Shown: positions 42,034-52,216 of the stretch, one piece after another
Numbering within the stretch: position 1 is the stretch's first letter
Layout of the letters: each line of letters starts with the position of its first letter
Source: Candidatus Heimdallarchaeota archaeon
GTDB lineage: Archaea > Asgardarchaeota > Heimdallarchaeia > Heimdallarchaeales > Heimdallarchaeaceae
Assembly: GCA_016840095.1 (NCBI GenBank)
Contig: JAEOSZ010000058.1
Location: forward strand, 1 to 61,707
Length of the DNA: 61,707 bases
Direction of reading: 5' to 3'
Program-made: the position numbers and the translations under genes
The notes under the pieces: generated by a model
What the model saw: only the letters and a program-made list of their open reading frames with translations
Told to the model about the DNA's origin: nothing
Databases searched by the model: none

Positions 42034-43855
42034 AAAGATGGGATTTATACAAGAACTACCTGATGACAAATACGATAGAAAGTATGGAGACATCTATCTT
42101 TTCAAACGCTTATTCGGTTACATTGCCAAGCATGATAAGAAGAAATTCTTAACTGTACTAACATGGATGATAATTCAAACTGGAGCTAACATTGGTATTC
42201 CTTTCTTCATAAAATTCGTAATCGAAGGAGTGCAAAATGGTGATTTCAATGCTATTTTCTACCTCGAAACAGTTGCTATTATATTATTTTATGGAATGTT
42301 CTGGTTTGCACAATATAGAGCATTGTATCATATTTCAATATTAACAGGGGAAATGTTGAGACGAGTTAGAAAAGATAGCTTTGAAACATTGTTGAAAAAT
42401 GATATGAATTTCTACGATGAAAATAAGAGTGGGAAGCTAGTTAGCAGAGTAACAAGTGATTCAGATACAATCTCCCAGATGGTTCAAATTACTACTTCAT
42501 TTATGATCAATATTTTAATTATGGTTGTTGTAATAATAATCCTATTCTTAACAGATGTAAGATTAGCTGGCATTACTCTAGCTGTCGTACCCTTTCTCTT
42601 TGGATTGGGAATAGCTATTAGATTATTCTCAAGAAGAACATCAAAGAACTGGAGAAAAACCATTGCCATACTAAATGCAAATGTTGCTGAATCTATCTCA
42701 GGTATAGAGGTTACAAAAAGCTTCAATCAAGAGAAGGAAGCATTTTCTAGATTTAAAGAAATCAACATGAGAAACTATCGAGCAGCATATACAAGAGCAT
42801 GGGGAATGAGTATTTTCTTCCCTATTATAGAAACTTTGTTTGGTGTAGGAACATTTCTAGTACTATATTTTGGTGGAAAGATAACTTTCCAGATAGGTGA
42901 TCTAACTGTCGCAACACTTTATTTCTTCATATTAATGCTGAATAGATTCTTTATGCCTTTATTAGAGATAACAAGATTCTTTAATCAGTTTGAAGCAGGT
43001 CTTGCAGCTGTTGAAAGAATATTCAGCTTGATGGACAGTAAACCAAAGGTGGTACAAGATCCAAATCCCGTTACTGTTCCTAAATTGACAGGTAGTATCA
43101 ACTTCAATGATATGACATTCTATTATAATGAGTCAGAACCTCTTTACAAGAATTTCACTCTTTCAATACCCTCAGCAGAAACGGTTGCTGTTGTAGGTAG
43201 AACAGGAGCTGGAAAAAGTACTCTAGTGTCACTTATAGCTCGCTTTTATGACGTTGTAGATGGATCGATAAAGGTAGATGGAACAGATATTCGAAAATAT
43301 GTAATGCATGATTATAGAAATCAAATAGGTATTGTTTTGCAGGATAACATATTGTTTAGTGGTTCTATTGAAGAAAACATACGATATGGGAAATTAGATG
43401 CTACTCGAGAAGAAATCGAAGAAGCTGCAAAGAATGTTTATGCATGGGAATTCATACAGAGCTTACCTAAAGGATTGGATACTGAAGTTGGAGAAAAAGG
43501 GACTAAGCTGTCAGCAGGTCAGAAACAATTGGTTGCTTTTGCTAGAGCATTACTATCTGATCCAAGAATTTTGATTTTGGATGAAGCTACAGCAGCTATT
43601 GATGCATATACTGAGAGTCTTATTCAGGAGGCTCTGAAAGTGTTGTTAAAAGACAGAACTGCTATTATCATTGCACATCGTTTAACCACAGTAGAAAATG
43701 CAGATCGAATAATAGTAATTGATGATGCTCAAATTGTTGAAGAAGGAAGTCACCAACAGCTAATGGAGAAGAAAGGAAAGTATTGGCAACTCTATGATAT
43801 GTATTTCAGACATCAATCTCTTGAATATGTCGAACAAGCAGTAGAATTAGTTTAA
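42026..43855 (+). CDS. ABC exporter half-transporter (TMD+NBD), subunit B
   Basis: GRTGAGKS, LSAGQ, ILDEAT, AHRL; overlaps subunit A, giving a TmrAB/TM287-288-like heterodimer. Confidence 0.92.
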   Translation: MNEKMGFIQELPDDKYDRKYGDIYLFKRLFGYIAKHDKKKFLTVLTWMIIQTGANIGIPFFIKFVIEGVQNGDFNAIFYLETVAIILFYGMFWFAQYRALYHISILTGEMLRRVRKDSFETLLKNDMNFYDENKSGKLVSRVTSDSDTISQMVQITTSFMINILIMVVVIIILFLTDVRLAGITLAVVPFLFGLGIAIRLFSRRTSKNWRKTIAILNANVAESISGIEVTKSFNQEKEAFSRFKEINMRNYRAAYTRAWGMSIFFPIIETLFGVGTFLVLYFGGKITFQIGDLTVATLYFFILMLNRFFMPLLEITRFFNQFEAGLAAVERIFSLMDSKPKVVQDPNPVTVPKLTGSINFNDMTFYYNESEPLYKNFTLSIPSAETVAVVGRTGAGKSTLVSLIARFYDVVDGSIKVDGTDIRKYVMHDYRNQIGIVLQDNILFSGSIEENIRYGKLDATREEIEEAAKNVYAWEFIQSLPKGLDTEVGEKGTKLSAGQKQLVAFARALLSDPRILILDEATAAIDAYTESLIQEALKVLLKDRTAIIIAHRLTTVENADRIIVIDDAQIVEEGSHQQLMEKKGKYWQLYDMYFRHQSLEYVEQAVELV

Positions 43856-44307
43856 GTTCTTAAAGAAAGTTCACAGCTAGTTTCATTATCTAAATTGATT
43901 ATTACATTTTTTTCTTCTTTCAATGCTAGAAACCTAGGTAAAATTTCCTTCAGGTTGGAAAGTGTAAATGAATCTGTTTTTCCACATTTATTCACAAATT
44001 CTATTAATACATCTCTGTAGGGTGTTGGATCAGTGTAAGTATCTAATAAAAATCCTATTGAAACAATAGTGTCTCTTGGATCTAAAGTCAAGTCAATTGG
44101 AGGGGTACTTGTTAGATATCCAGCTACTTGATATCCATTAAAGATAATAGAAGCAAAGTCTCCTTCTTTACTTCCCATTGGCATACATATTAAGGATAGC
44201 TGAGCTATTTCATTTTTTGATAAAGTTTCTTCTGGATGAAGTAAAATGACTTCAGGTCCTGTTTTTGGTATAACAGCTGCAAGGAAAGCTGCTCGCATAA
44301 GACACAT
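43852..44307 (-). CDS. Stand-alone longin (NPRL2/uDENN-like) domain protein
   Basis: hFhxxhxPxxGPxhxxxxP start, CMP, DPRDT, SIGF pattern matching the NPRL2/AVL9 longin fold. Confidence 0.65.
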   Translation of the reverse strand: MCLMRAAFLAAVIPKTGPEVILLHPEETLSKNEIAQLSLICMPMGSKEGDFASIIFNGYQVAGYLTSTPPIDLTLDPRDTIVSIGFLLDTYTDPTPYRDVLIEFVNKCGKTDSFTLSNLKEILPRFLALKEEKNVIINLDNETSCELSLRT

Positions 44308-44347
44308 AATATTATTATGATTAATAAGTTTTTAAGCTCCAAAGAAT

Positions 44348-45346
44348 TCAGATATCATATATCTTATTTGCATTTTCCCAATAGAGCTTTTTCAGGATGT
44401 TTTGTGGTAAATCTAAGCCATTAATCTTTGTCTTATTATCATTTTCTGGATCAGGAATGGGGAAGGGTAGATTTCTAACTTTTGTTTCAAAAAGAGCTTG
44501 AAAACTAAGAAAACGATTAATGTAGTATCCAGGAATTGGCTCTCTATCTCCTCTTCCTGCAACAAAGTCTGTACCAAACAATATTCGATCTTGATGTTTA
44601 TTGAAGAAATCTAAGGTTTCATCAATTTTGGTGCCAAATTCTCTAACCATCCATTTAGCTGAACCAGTATCAACATAGAGGTTAGGATATGTATCTAACC
44701 ATAGATCCAGCTGTTTGAGGTCCTCTGGTTGACTAGCCATATGAGCTCCAACAACTGTTATGTTTGGATACCATTCAAGAATGTTTTTCAGAGCATTGAT
44801 ATGGTCTTTTTTGACACCAAATTTGCTTGAAGGTTGATAGTTTTTAACATAAAGCAAGTCAGGATCACTGACATGAAGGAGTAATGTAAAACGAAGCTCA
44901 TTTAATCGTTGAAATATCGGTTCAAGTTTTGGATCATTCAGATGAACATCTTGAGGTCGGAATTCAACATTCATTTCATCTCTACCGAAGTAATTGACCC
45001 ATCTAGGAGAAAACCAAAGTTTACCAATTTTGAAACCGTCAGTATATGCTTCTTCAAGAAAATTCATTGAGCCATCGATGTCATCTTGTAATGCTTCTCT
45101 AATCGAGAGGAAGATAGAATAGACAAAGAGATCAGGAAAAACTTCCTCAATTTCATCTCTACTCTTTGAATCACGAACTATTCCAAAAATCTTCTTTACA
45201 TTAAATTGTTCTTCATATTTGACCATAGTGGCAACATCTTCAACTTTACCAAGATGAGTATGAGCATCAAAGACTGGACCTGTGTATTTTCTTTCGATGT
45301 TTTGAAAGAAAGGATCCATGTTGTTTCTTACGTAATCAGTATCCAT
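44348..45346 (-). CDS. Amidohydrolase-2 family metallohydrolase
   Basis: DAHTH, LLHVSDP, GAHM, YVDTG, RILFGTD. Confidence 0.88.
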   Translation of the reverse strand: MDTDYVRNNMDPFFQNIERKYTGPVFDAHTHLGKVEDVATMVKYEEQFNVKKIFGIVRDSKSRDEIEEVFPDLFVYSIFLSIREALQDDIDGSMNFLEEAYTDGFKIGKLWFSPRWVNYFGRDEMNVEFRPQDVHLNDPKLEPIFQRLNELRFTLLLHVSDPDLLYVKNYQPSSKFGVKKDHINALKNILEWYPNITVVGAHMASQPEDLKQLDLWLDTYPNLYVDTGSAKWMVREFGTKIDETLDFFNKHQDRILFGTDFVAGRGDREPIPGYYINRFLSFQALFETKVRNLPFPIPDPENDNKTKINGLDLPQNILKKLYWENANKIYDI

Positions 45347-45431
45347 TAGATGGTCTCCAACAGTAAAAAAACAAGCCTACTTATGTAAATTACGATAATA
45401 CAACAAATAAAAAAGAAAAAATGAGGAAAAA

Positions 45432-47306
45432 TTATCTTTTTCTTCTTCTAATAATCAAAGAACTGACAAAGACTATAGGAACTAAAAGGATAATGAAAAC
45501 TAAATTACTATATTCAAATACTCCTGGGGGAATACTGCCTAGTGGATAAGTATCATTAACCTTAAAGGTACCATCAAGAGTATAATTGCCGCTAACATGG
45601 TCATCCCAATAATTTCCTTCCATATTCCAAGGATCGTCCCATAAATTGAAATTATTTGAACCATCAAATGCTTGAACTCCTCCTAAGTTATTGCCAATGA
45701 ATGCATTATGATGTATCCAACTTCCTGTTGAAAGATCATTTAAGTACATTCCATACCCAATATTATTTTCAAAGAGATTGTGAGATACATTTACATAGTC
45801 ATAATTCTGAAACATTATTCCTTCGGAACCGGCATTTGTGAATGCATTGAATTTGATGTTACCTACACCACCTTCAGCAAAGAATCCATTGATGATTGTA
45901 TTCTGGTTGAATGTACTATTAAGAACAGAAGTATTAGTGCTGGAAACAACTTGTACTCCATAGTAATTGTTGCTAGCTGTACAATTAAGTAATGTTGTAT
46001 GCATTCCTCCACCTACAAATATTCCAGGTTTGTTAGGATTGTGAGTACATATTGTATTACTGACTGTACAATTCATTGTTCCATCAAGTTTTACACTTCC
46101 ACCAAGATTATTTTCAAGATTACAGTTATCTATTACAGAGGAGTCACAACCTCTAAGAGTAATAGCTATGTCTGTATTAGCAATAGTCAGATCTTTTACA
46201 ATTGAATTGTCACAACCTGCTAAATAGACTTGACCATAAATATCTACTGACAAAGTTAAACCATCAACATCATAGTAGAATCCAAATTGTTTACCATTGA
46301 TGAGATTGTCATTAACAGTTAAACCTCCATAAGCAGATAATCCTCCTAGATCAAAGTGTATTCCATCATTTGTTAGAATGTTGTCCTCTATCAGAGTACC
46401 TGTTGCAAGTTGTACGAAAATTCCTATTCCATCATTTGAATATACTGTGTTCTCAACAATTTTATTGTCTATTGAAGATTGTGTGAAAATACCGTGAAAA
46501 TCATTGTCATGTAAATTGTTAAGTGATATATTTGTTTGTATGTCTAAATAAGTCGCAATTCCATGATAGGAATTGTCATAACATTCATTATCCCAGAGAG
46601 AGGTAGCATTTGAATTACCAAGATAGATTCCTGCATAGTTATTGTTATTGCAAATATTCTCAGTTACATTGGAGTAATCACTGTTTACTAACCTAATACC
46701 ATATTCATCATTTTGACTAAGTTTGTTATCGATGAAAGTACTATAAGCAGCATCAGAACCAAAGATACCTATACTACTATTAATACAAGTATTGTTTTTA
46801 ACAAGAGTATCAAAGGCCATATCCACTTTCAGACCATTTACAGTATTATCCTCGATGTAATTGTTTGTAACATTAGCATAGTCTGTATGTTCAATTAGGA
46901 TTCCTGCAGCACAATTCTTGACTATATTATTATCAATCGCAGCTGTTGCATCATCTGTATCGTAGATATATATACCATATGAACCCGCTTCTATATAGCA
47001 GTTTTTGATGATGAAATTGACAGTAGTACCATCAATATAAATTCCATAAACATCAGTTGTAACAATGCTCAGATCTTCAATCACATATGGGTCTCCAGGA
47101 ATTCCAGAACCACTTGTACTGTTTCCTATAAGATCCGAATCATTATCGATATAGAGCGGATCACTAGTAGTATAGTTGAGGTAATTTTCTCTCTCAGAAA
47201 GAGGAGAATGATTCGAAAAAACGGTTACTAATGAAGAAATCATCAGTAAAAACATGAGAAGAAAAAGAATTCTCATTTTCTTAATTCTTAATGAATTTCT
47301 TTTCAT
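45432..47306 (-). CDS. NosD/right-handed beta-helix surface protein with xEY C-terminal anchor
   Basis: GxGxxxDPYVIE motif, many GIxL...N.I..N repeats, GNYWDD, DTYPL, tail VFEY-hydrophobic-RRRKR. Confidence 0.85.
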   Translation of the reverse strand: MKRNSLRIKKMRILFLLMFLLMISSLVTVFSNHSPLSERENYLNYTTSDPLYIDNDSDLIGNSTSGSGIPGDPYVIEDLSIVTTDVYGIYIDGTTVNFIIKNCYIEAGSYGIYIYDTDDATAAIDNNIVKNCAAGILIEHTDYANVTNNYIEDNTVNGLKVDMAFDTLVKNNTCINSSIGIFGSDAAYSTFIDNKLSQNDEYGIRLVNSDYSNVTENICNNNNYAGIYLGNSNATSLWDNECYDNSYHGIATYLDIQTNISLNNLHDNDFHGIFTQSSIDNKIVENTVYSNDGIGIFVQLATGTLIEDNILTNDGIHFDLGGLSAYGGLTVNDNLINGKQFGFYYDVDGLTLSVDIYGQVYLAGCDNSIVKDLTIANTDIAITLRGCDSSVIDNCNLENNLGGSVKLDGTMNCTVSNTICTHNPNKPGIFVGGGMHTTLLNCTASNNYYGVQVVSSTNTSVLNSTFNQNTIINGFFAEGGVGNIKFNAFTNAGSEGIMFQNYDYVNVSHNLFENNIGYGMYLNDLSTGSWIHHNAFIGNNLGGVQAFDGSNNFNLWDDPWNMEGNYWDDHVSGNYTLDGTFKVNDTYPLGSIPPGVFEYSNLVFIILLVPIVFVSSLIIRRRKR

Positions 47307-47380
47307 TTAATCACAAGAATGTATTAAGGTGAAAGCTATATAAAACATTTACTGGAAGTATTGCTTTTTTAATGTCGGCA

Positions 47381-48859
47381 TTACAATCCTAGTAATTTCT
47401 TGAAATCTAAATCTTTGTAGCTCATTATTTCAATGATATTTGACACTTTATCTTTATCTAAAGATACTCCAGGATATTTCTTCAAGAGCTTATCTACTTC
47501 TTCAGTAGCTCTCTGAGTAACAGTCTTTCTACCTTTATTGATCCATTCTTCATTTGTAGATCGATCAATTATTTTGTTTGGTATGAAGTGCTCTTCTCTG
47601 AACCACTTCAATGTGTGATCATGTGATAGTAGATGTGTTTTCTCCTCTAAATCTATTAATAGATTCTTAGCTATAGGTTCATCTCTTTGAATTATTCCTT
47701 TATTAAAACGGTGAATCATTCCACACATTTGATTATCAATGACAACTTTCTGAATACTTTGAGTTGTTTCAAAATCTATCATACCCGCTCCAGAAATCAT
47801 ATTCACTCCTTTAATTCCTGCTAGTAATGCCCCCATTCCAGATTCAACTCCTGACTGCATATCAAGAATCTTTGTGTCAGACATTCCTAAATAAGCATGT
47901 GTTGGCAAATTGAGATATTTACCCATTTCAACATATCCGAGATCAAGCAACATAGTATCTATTGATCCCATAGGAGTTGTACCTTTTCTCATATCAAATG
48001 CTGCGGGTGAACCTCCCCAAATTATAGGTGCTCCCGGAGAAACTAGTTGAGTTATTACTACACCTGCCAATGTTTCAGCTGCATGTTGAACAACTGATCC
48101 AAGTATAGTGACTGGTGCATTAGCTCCTGTCATCGGCATTGAAACAAATTCTGAAGGAATTCCATATTTAGCAGCATCAATTATGCTTTGACAAGTTAAA
48201 TCACTCCATTTGAGTGGGGGAGAAGGACATGCATCAAATATCGCTAGAGGTTTTCTTCTTAACTCTTCTTCACTTCCTCTTACAGCTACAAGCATATCTT
48301 TCATCACTTCGAAAGATTCCTTTGCGAAGGTTCCTGTGACAACTGGTTTTTGTGAGAACAATAATGCTATTAAAAGTCTGTATCTATCACCTATCTCCTC
48401 AGGTACATCAGAACAAATTATTGAAGTACTTTGAGCATAGATATTCTCGAGTTGGTCAACAACCTTAGTAAAATTGACGAAGTCTTTAGTTACAGCTAAT
48501 CTGATCTCATTTGTATCCGGATCTAAAACATTTAATGCTGCTGAACCAGGATCAAAACAGATATTATTTCCTTCTAATTTAACAACTAATTCACCTTCTC
48601 TATTATAAAGAGGAACAGATGATGGTGCAGTTTTCAATGCTTTCTTAACCATATCTGGAGAGATTTTTGCACGTCTGTTTTCTAAATCAACACTCACCCC
48701 TTCGTTTTGTAAAAGTTCAATAGCTTCATCATTTTCAACGAAGAATCCAATTTCTTCAAGAATTTCCATTGCTTCTACAAACACTTTCTCTTTCAAATCT
48801 TCATCAAGGATACTAATCTGTGGTCTCATAGAATTCCCTTCAATATACTCTACACACAT
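47381..48859 (-). CDS. Non-pyrrolysine MttB-superfamily (trimethylamine/quaternary-amine) methyltransferase
   Basis: SPPL, GANAPVT.LG, E.LAG, PGAP, LGMSDTK..D.QSGVE, GAGM; no in-frame TAG. Confidence 0.88.
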   Translation of the reverse strand: MCVEYIEGNSMRPQISILDEDLKEKVFVEAMEILEEIGFFVENDEAIELLQNEGVSVDLENRRAKISPDMVKKALKTAPSSVPLYNREGELVVKLEGNNICFDPGSAALNVLDPDTNEIRLAVTKDFVNFTKVVDQLENIYAQSTSIICSDVPEEIGDRYRLLIALLFSQKPVVTGTFAKESFEVMKDMLVAVRGSEEELRRKPLAIFDACPSPPLKWSDLTCQSIIDAAKYGIPSEFVSMPMTGANAPVTILGSVVQHAAETLAGVVITQLVSPGAPIIWGGSPAAFDMRKGTTPMGSIDTMLLDLGYVEMGKYLNLPTHAYLGMSDTKILDMQSGVESGMGALLAGIKGVNMISGAGMIDFETTQSIQKVVIDNQMCGMIHRFNKGIIQRDEPIAKNLLIDLEEKTHLLSHDHTLKWFREEHFIPNKIIDRSTNEEWINKGRKTVTQRATEEVDKLLKKYPGVSLDKDKVSNIIEIMSYKDLDFKKLLGL

Positions 48860-48908
48860 TCAAATTTACTCTATATTATAATTTTTCCTACAAGTGATGA
48901 TTATATAA

Positions 48909-49571
48909 TTAGATTCTTCTAAAAGCACAATTAGTCATATCACAGCTTTCGCAACCTCTTAAACCTAATTCCTCATCAACTTCTTCTCCAATATTAATCG
49001 CAAAAGAGACAGATTTAACAGGATTCATCATCATTGATTGGGTTAGTGATACTCCAATTTTAGGTCCTTCAAGAAAACCAAAAATAGTTCTTTGACCTTT
49101 ATCCAACTCCCACTGACAATATCCTGGGCTGAATCTGCATGTTACAGCTTTTCCTCTAGTTTCATCAACTATTTCTTTTAGGATTTCTTGATTTACATAT
49201 TCAGCAGTTTGTTCAGCAGCATGAGATGCTATTGCATCTAGAATAACTCCTTGAGCTAAATTGCCTTTCTTCAAATATGTTTTACTCAAGGATTCCAATT
49301 TATTACCAATAGTGGATATTGCTAAGACAGTCTTCTCAGATTTGTTGAATAAGAACCTAGGTTTTAGGATATCACTCGCAAAGATATCATAAACCGCTCT
49401 TGGTTGAATGAGAGGGAGTGCTTCTGTTTTCATCTCCTCAATATCTTCTAGTAATGATGGAGGTACTTCTCTTGGTTTTTCAGGTGAACTTTTGTTTTGA
49501 AGTAATCTAAGAATTTCTTCATCATCTAGTTCTATACTGAAGTTATCTATGATGTTCAAGGTATTATCCAC
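48909..49571 (-). CDS. Stand-alone MetH reactivation (AdoMet-binding) domain
   Basis: TIG, LDAIAS..AE, RFSPGYC.W, MM.PVKS, C-terminal CxxCxxxxCxxR. Confidence 0.85.
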   Translation of the reverse strand: MDNTLNIIDNFSIELDDEEILRLLQNKSSPEKPREVPPSLLEDIEEMKTEALPLIQPRAVYDIFASDILKPRFLFNKSEKTVLAISTIGNKLESLSKTYLKKGNLAQGVILDAIASHAAEQTAEYVNQEILKEIVDETRGKAVTCRFSPGYCQWELDKGQRTIFGFLEGPKIGVSLTQSMMMNPVKSVSFAINIGEEVDEELGLRGCESCDMTNCAFRRI

Positions 49572-50427
49572 TCAGATTCTTTACTATATCTTCGATATAC
49601 TTAGGGCTTGTACCACAGCATCCACCTACAACTTTAGCTCCTTTCTTAGTGATTTGTACGATGTCTGCTGTGAAATTTTTTTCGGTTGTAGGGTAAATAG
49701 TTCTCCCCTTAATTAATTGGGGTTTTCCTGCATTAGGTTTTGCCGAAATCGGAAGATCTGTTTCATTAGATGCGATGGAAATTAAATCAATCATTTCGTC
49801 ACTACCTATGGTGCAATTTGCACCTATAACGTCTGCTCCGACTTTCTCCAAAGTTGTCACACAGTCTCCAACAGAATTCCCCATAATTGTAAAATAACCT
49901 CGTTTAGTTAGTTGGTATGTTATTGAAGCAAAAACTGGGCGATTTGATGTTTTCTTTGCTGCTCTAACTGCTGCTTCAGCTTCTTTCAAATCAACCATGG
50001 TTTCAACAAAGAAAAAATCCACACCAGCATCATTAAGGATACCAGTTTGTTCAAGGAAATTCTCATAGAAGTCATCCACTGAAACTGTACCTACAGGTGG
50101 TAGAAAAGCTCCTGATGGCCCTATGTCTCCCCCTATGAATTTATCTTCTGGACAGATTTCTCTTGCCAGTTCTACTGCTCTCTTATTGTATTTATCAACA
50201 CTGTGACCATGTTTGTGTGCTGATAGTTTCATCCTTGAACCACCAAATGTATTTGTAAGTACAGCATCTGATCCGGCCTTAAAATAATCTAAGTGAATCT
50301 TTTGAATTTTCTCTGGATGAGAAACATTCCAGTATTCTGGAGGTGTTCCTGGTTCTAAACCTTGATCAATGAGCAGAGATCCCATTGCTCCATCTAAAAT
50401 AACAATTTTTTCTTGCAATAGTTCCAT
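49564..50427 (-). CDS. Homocysteine S-methyltransferase domain (split MetH)
   Basis: LDGAMG, TNTFG, GDIGP, ETM, GANC, PNAG, GGCCGT (Zn ligands). Confidence 0.92.
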   Translation of the reverse strand: MELLQEKIVILDGAMGSLLIDQGLEPGTPPEYWNVSHPEKIQKIHLDYFKAGSDAVLTNTFGGSRMKLSAHKHGHSVDKYNKRAVELAREICPEDKFIGGDIGPSGAFLPPVGTVSVDDFYENFLEQTGILNDAGVDFFFVETMVDLKEAEAAVRAAKKTSNRPVFASITYQLTKRGYFTIMGNSVGDCVTTLEKVGADVIGANCTIGSDEMIDLISIASNETDLPISAKPNAGKPQLIKGRTIYPTTEKNFTADIVQITKKGAKVVGGCCGTSPKYIEDIVKNLSG

Positions 50428-50459
50428 AATGGATTTCTTTCTGCTCAGTGAAAAACCTC

Positions 50460-51110
50460 CTAAATCCCTAATACTGTTTTTGCCAATTTTACTGCACTTA
50501 CAGCATTTTCAGCTGATCCATCTGCACCAATTTCCTCCACCCAAGACTTTGAAATAGGTGCCCCACCAATTAATATTTTAAACTTATCTCGGATATTCTT
50601 CTCTTTAAGCTGGTCAATTAAGCGTTTTTGACCTGTCATTGTAGTAGTTAGTAATGCTGAAATACAGATGATATTAGCATCTACTTCAATTGCTTTGTCA
50701 ATGAAAGTATCTACAGGAACATCCGCTCCTAGATCAAATACTTCAAATCCTTCAGCAGATAGCATAGAAGCTACAAGAGTCTTGCCTATATCATGAATGT
50801 CTCCTTCAATAGTTCCGATAACAACTTTACCTAAATATCTGTCATCTTTTCCTTCTTTAAGAATTGGATCAAAAATCACCATAGCTGCTTTCATCGCTTC
50901 TGCACTTCGCATTAGCTCGGGTAGGAAAAACTCTCCTTCTTCAAATAAATCTCCTGCTTCACGAATTGCTAAAGAAAAAGCGTCAATTGCTTCATTAATA
51001 TCTAATTTCTCTTTTACAGCTTTAGTAGCAAGATTTTTTGCTAAATCTAAATCTCCTTTTAGAATAGCTTCTTTACACTCATCACCGAAAGTCAAATTTA
51101 TTTCACCCAA
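50460..51110 (-). CDS. Corrinoid (cobalamin-binding) protein
   Basis: Cap domain FFLPEL, DIHDIG (DxHxxG), SALLTTT, IGGAP. Confidence 0.93.
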   Translation of the reverse strand: MGEINLTFGDECKEAILKGDLDLAKNLATKAVKEKLDINEAIDAFSLAIREAGDLFEEGEFFLPELMRSAEAMKAAMVIFDPILKEGKDDRYLGKVVIGTIEGDIHDIGKTLVASMLSAEGFEVFDLGADVPVDTFIDKAIEVDANIICISALLTTTMTGQKRLIDQLKEKNIRDKFKILIGGAPISKSWVEEIGADGSAENAVSAVKLAKTVLGI

Positions 51111-51163
51111 ATTCTGGTTATTACAGAATGCTTGTAAATTATGTATTAATTAGACTTTCTCTT

Positions 51164-51709
51164 TTAGTAGTAACTTGTTTTTAAAATCTCATATTGAGTT
51201 CTTTGTTTGAATTCTTTCATTTGAAGTATCTTCTTAAAATTCTCAATAGTTACCTTTTCACTGCTGATTAATGCTTGAATATCCTCATTGTAAAAATTGT
51301 TTATATCTTCTGTTTTAAATTCCTTGAGTCTATCTAGATAAAGTACATAGATTTTCTTTACTTTTTCATCTTCAAGAAGAAGTTTTGAAAATTCAAAAAG
51401 GTCACCGAAGTCCTCTGGTTCAATATAGTGGTGACCTTGAAATAGCATGTAGTCTCTATCTTGCTTAAGATTCATGAATATCTTGTAGATTTGATTGCAC
51501 AATAAACAGGTACTGTAGCCCGGTTGTGTATCTCTATATGTTAATCTGTGATAAAAGTGGTAATCATGATCTCTTACACTCTTTCTTTTGTTAAGTGAAA
51601 TATTATGTATTCTCTCTCTATCCGTTTCTTTCCAAGGATTTTGCGCTAGCACTAAAATGGAGAAATGGTCATAAATTCCATACTTTCCTTTTATGTATTT
51701 TTTCTTCAT
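51164..51709 (-). CDS. Hypothetical protein
   Basis: 181-aa ORF with HDYHFYH, CLLC and GHH; no recognised family. Confidence 0.55.
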   Translation of the reverse strand: MKKKYIKGKYGIYDHFSILVLAQNPWKETDRERIHNISLNKRKSVRDHDYHFYHRLTYRDTQPGYSTCLLCNQIYKIFMNLKQDRDYMLFQGHHYIEPEDFGDLFEFSKLLLEDEKVKKIYVLYLDRLKEFKTEDINNFYNEDIQALISSEKVTIENFKKILQMKEFKQRTQYEILKTSYY

Positions 51710-51723
51710 ATTAATCAGCCATA

Positions 51724-52107
51724 TTATTCATGACATGCTTTGATAGTCCACTCAATTAATGGTTGGAGAGCTTTTGATAACTCTTCGCCTTTTTCTGAAA
51801 GAGAATATTCCACTTTTGGAGGAATTTCAGCATGAATGTCTCGTAGAAGTAATCCTTCTTCTGATAACTCATTTAATCTTGCCGACAAAGTTGCATCACT
51901 TATTTTGTTTTGTTTCCAACCTTTATGTAGCAATTCTCTAAGTTCTTTGTATCTAACCTTTCTTCCATCACTTAAGACATTTATTAGCTGAATACTCCAT
52001 TTCTTTCCCACTAAATTCAAAACTCTTTGAGCTGGTATGAAACAAGGAAAACCATTTTTTTCGTGAGAACATTTCACTATAGACGGATATTCGTTGATTT
52101 TACTCAT
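51724..52107 (-). CDS. HxlR/DUF24-family winged-helix regulator
   Basis: LxLVGKKW, RYxEL, LSxRLxEL, EIPPKVEYSLSEKG; two N-terminal Cys. Confidence 0.9.
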   Translation of the reverse strand: MSKINEYPSIVKCSHEKNGFPCFIPAQRVLNLVGKKWSIQLINVLSDGRKVRYKELRELLHKGWKQNKISDATLSARLNELSEEGLLLRDIHAEIPPKVEYSLSEKGEELSKALQPLIEWTIKACHE

Positions 52108-52153
52108 ATTACTTCACAATTACATAGTTACTTAAAACTACATTAGAAAGACC

Positions 52154-52206
52154 TTTTATATAAATACTTTCATATCTAAAGTAATAACACTTTAAAAACT
52201 AAAGCA
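52154..52206 (+). promoter_or_regulatory. TATA box plus two tandem YACTTT-N7-AAAGYA operators
   Basis: TTTTATATAAA at 52154-52164; TACTTT-N7-AAAGTA at 52165-52183; CACTTT-N7-AAAGCA at 52188-52206. Confidence 0.6.
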
Positions 52207-52216
52207 GGTTAAAAAA

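Noticed and set aside
47381-48859. Pyrrolysine-containing trimethylamine methyltransferase (methanogenesis)
   Set aside because: No in-frame TAG, and no pyl or mcr genes in the window.
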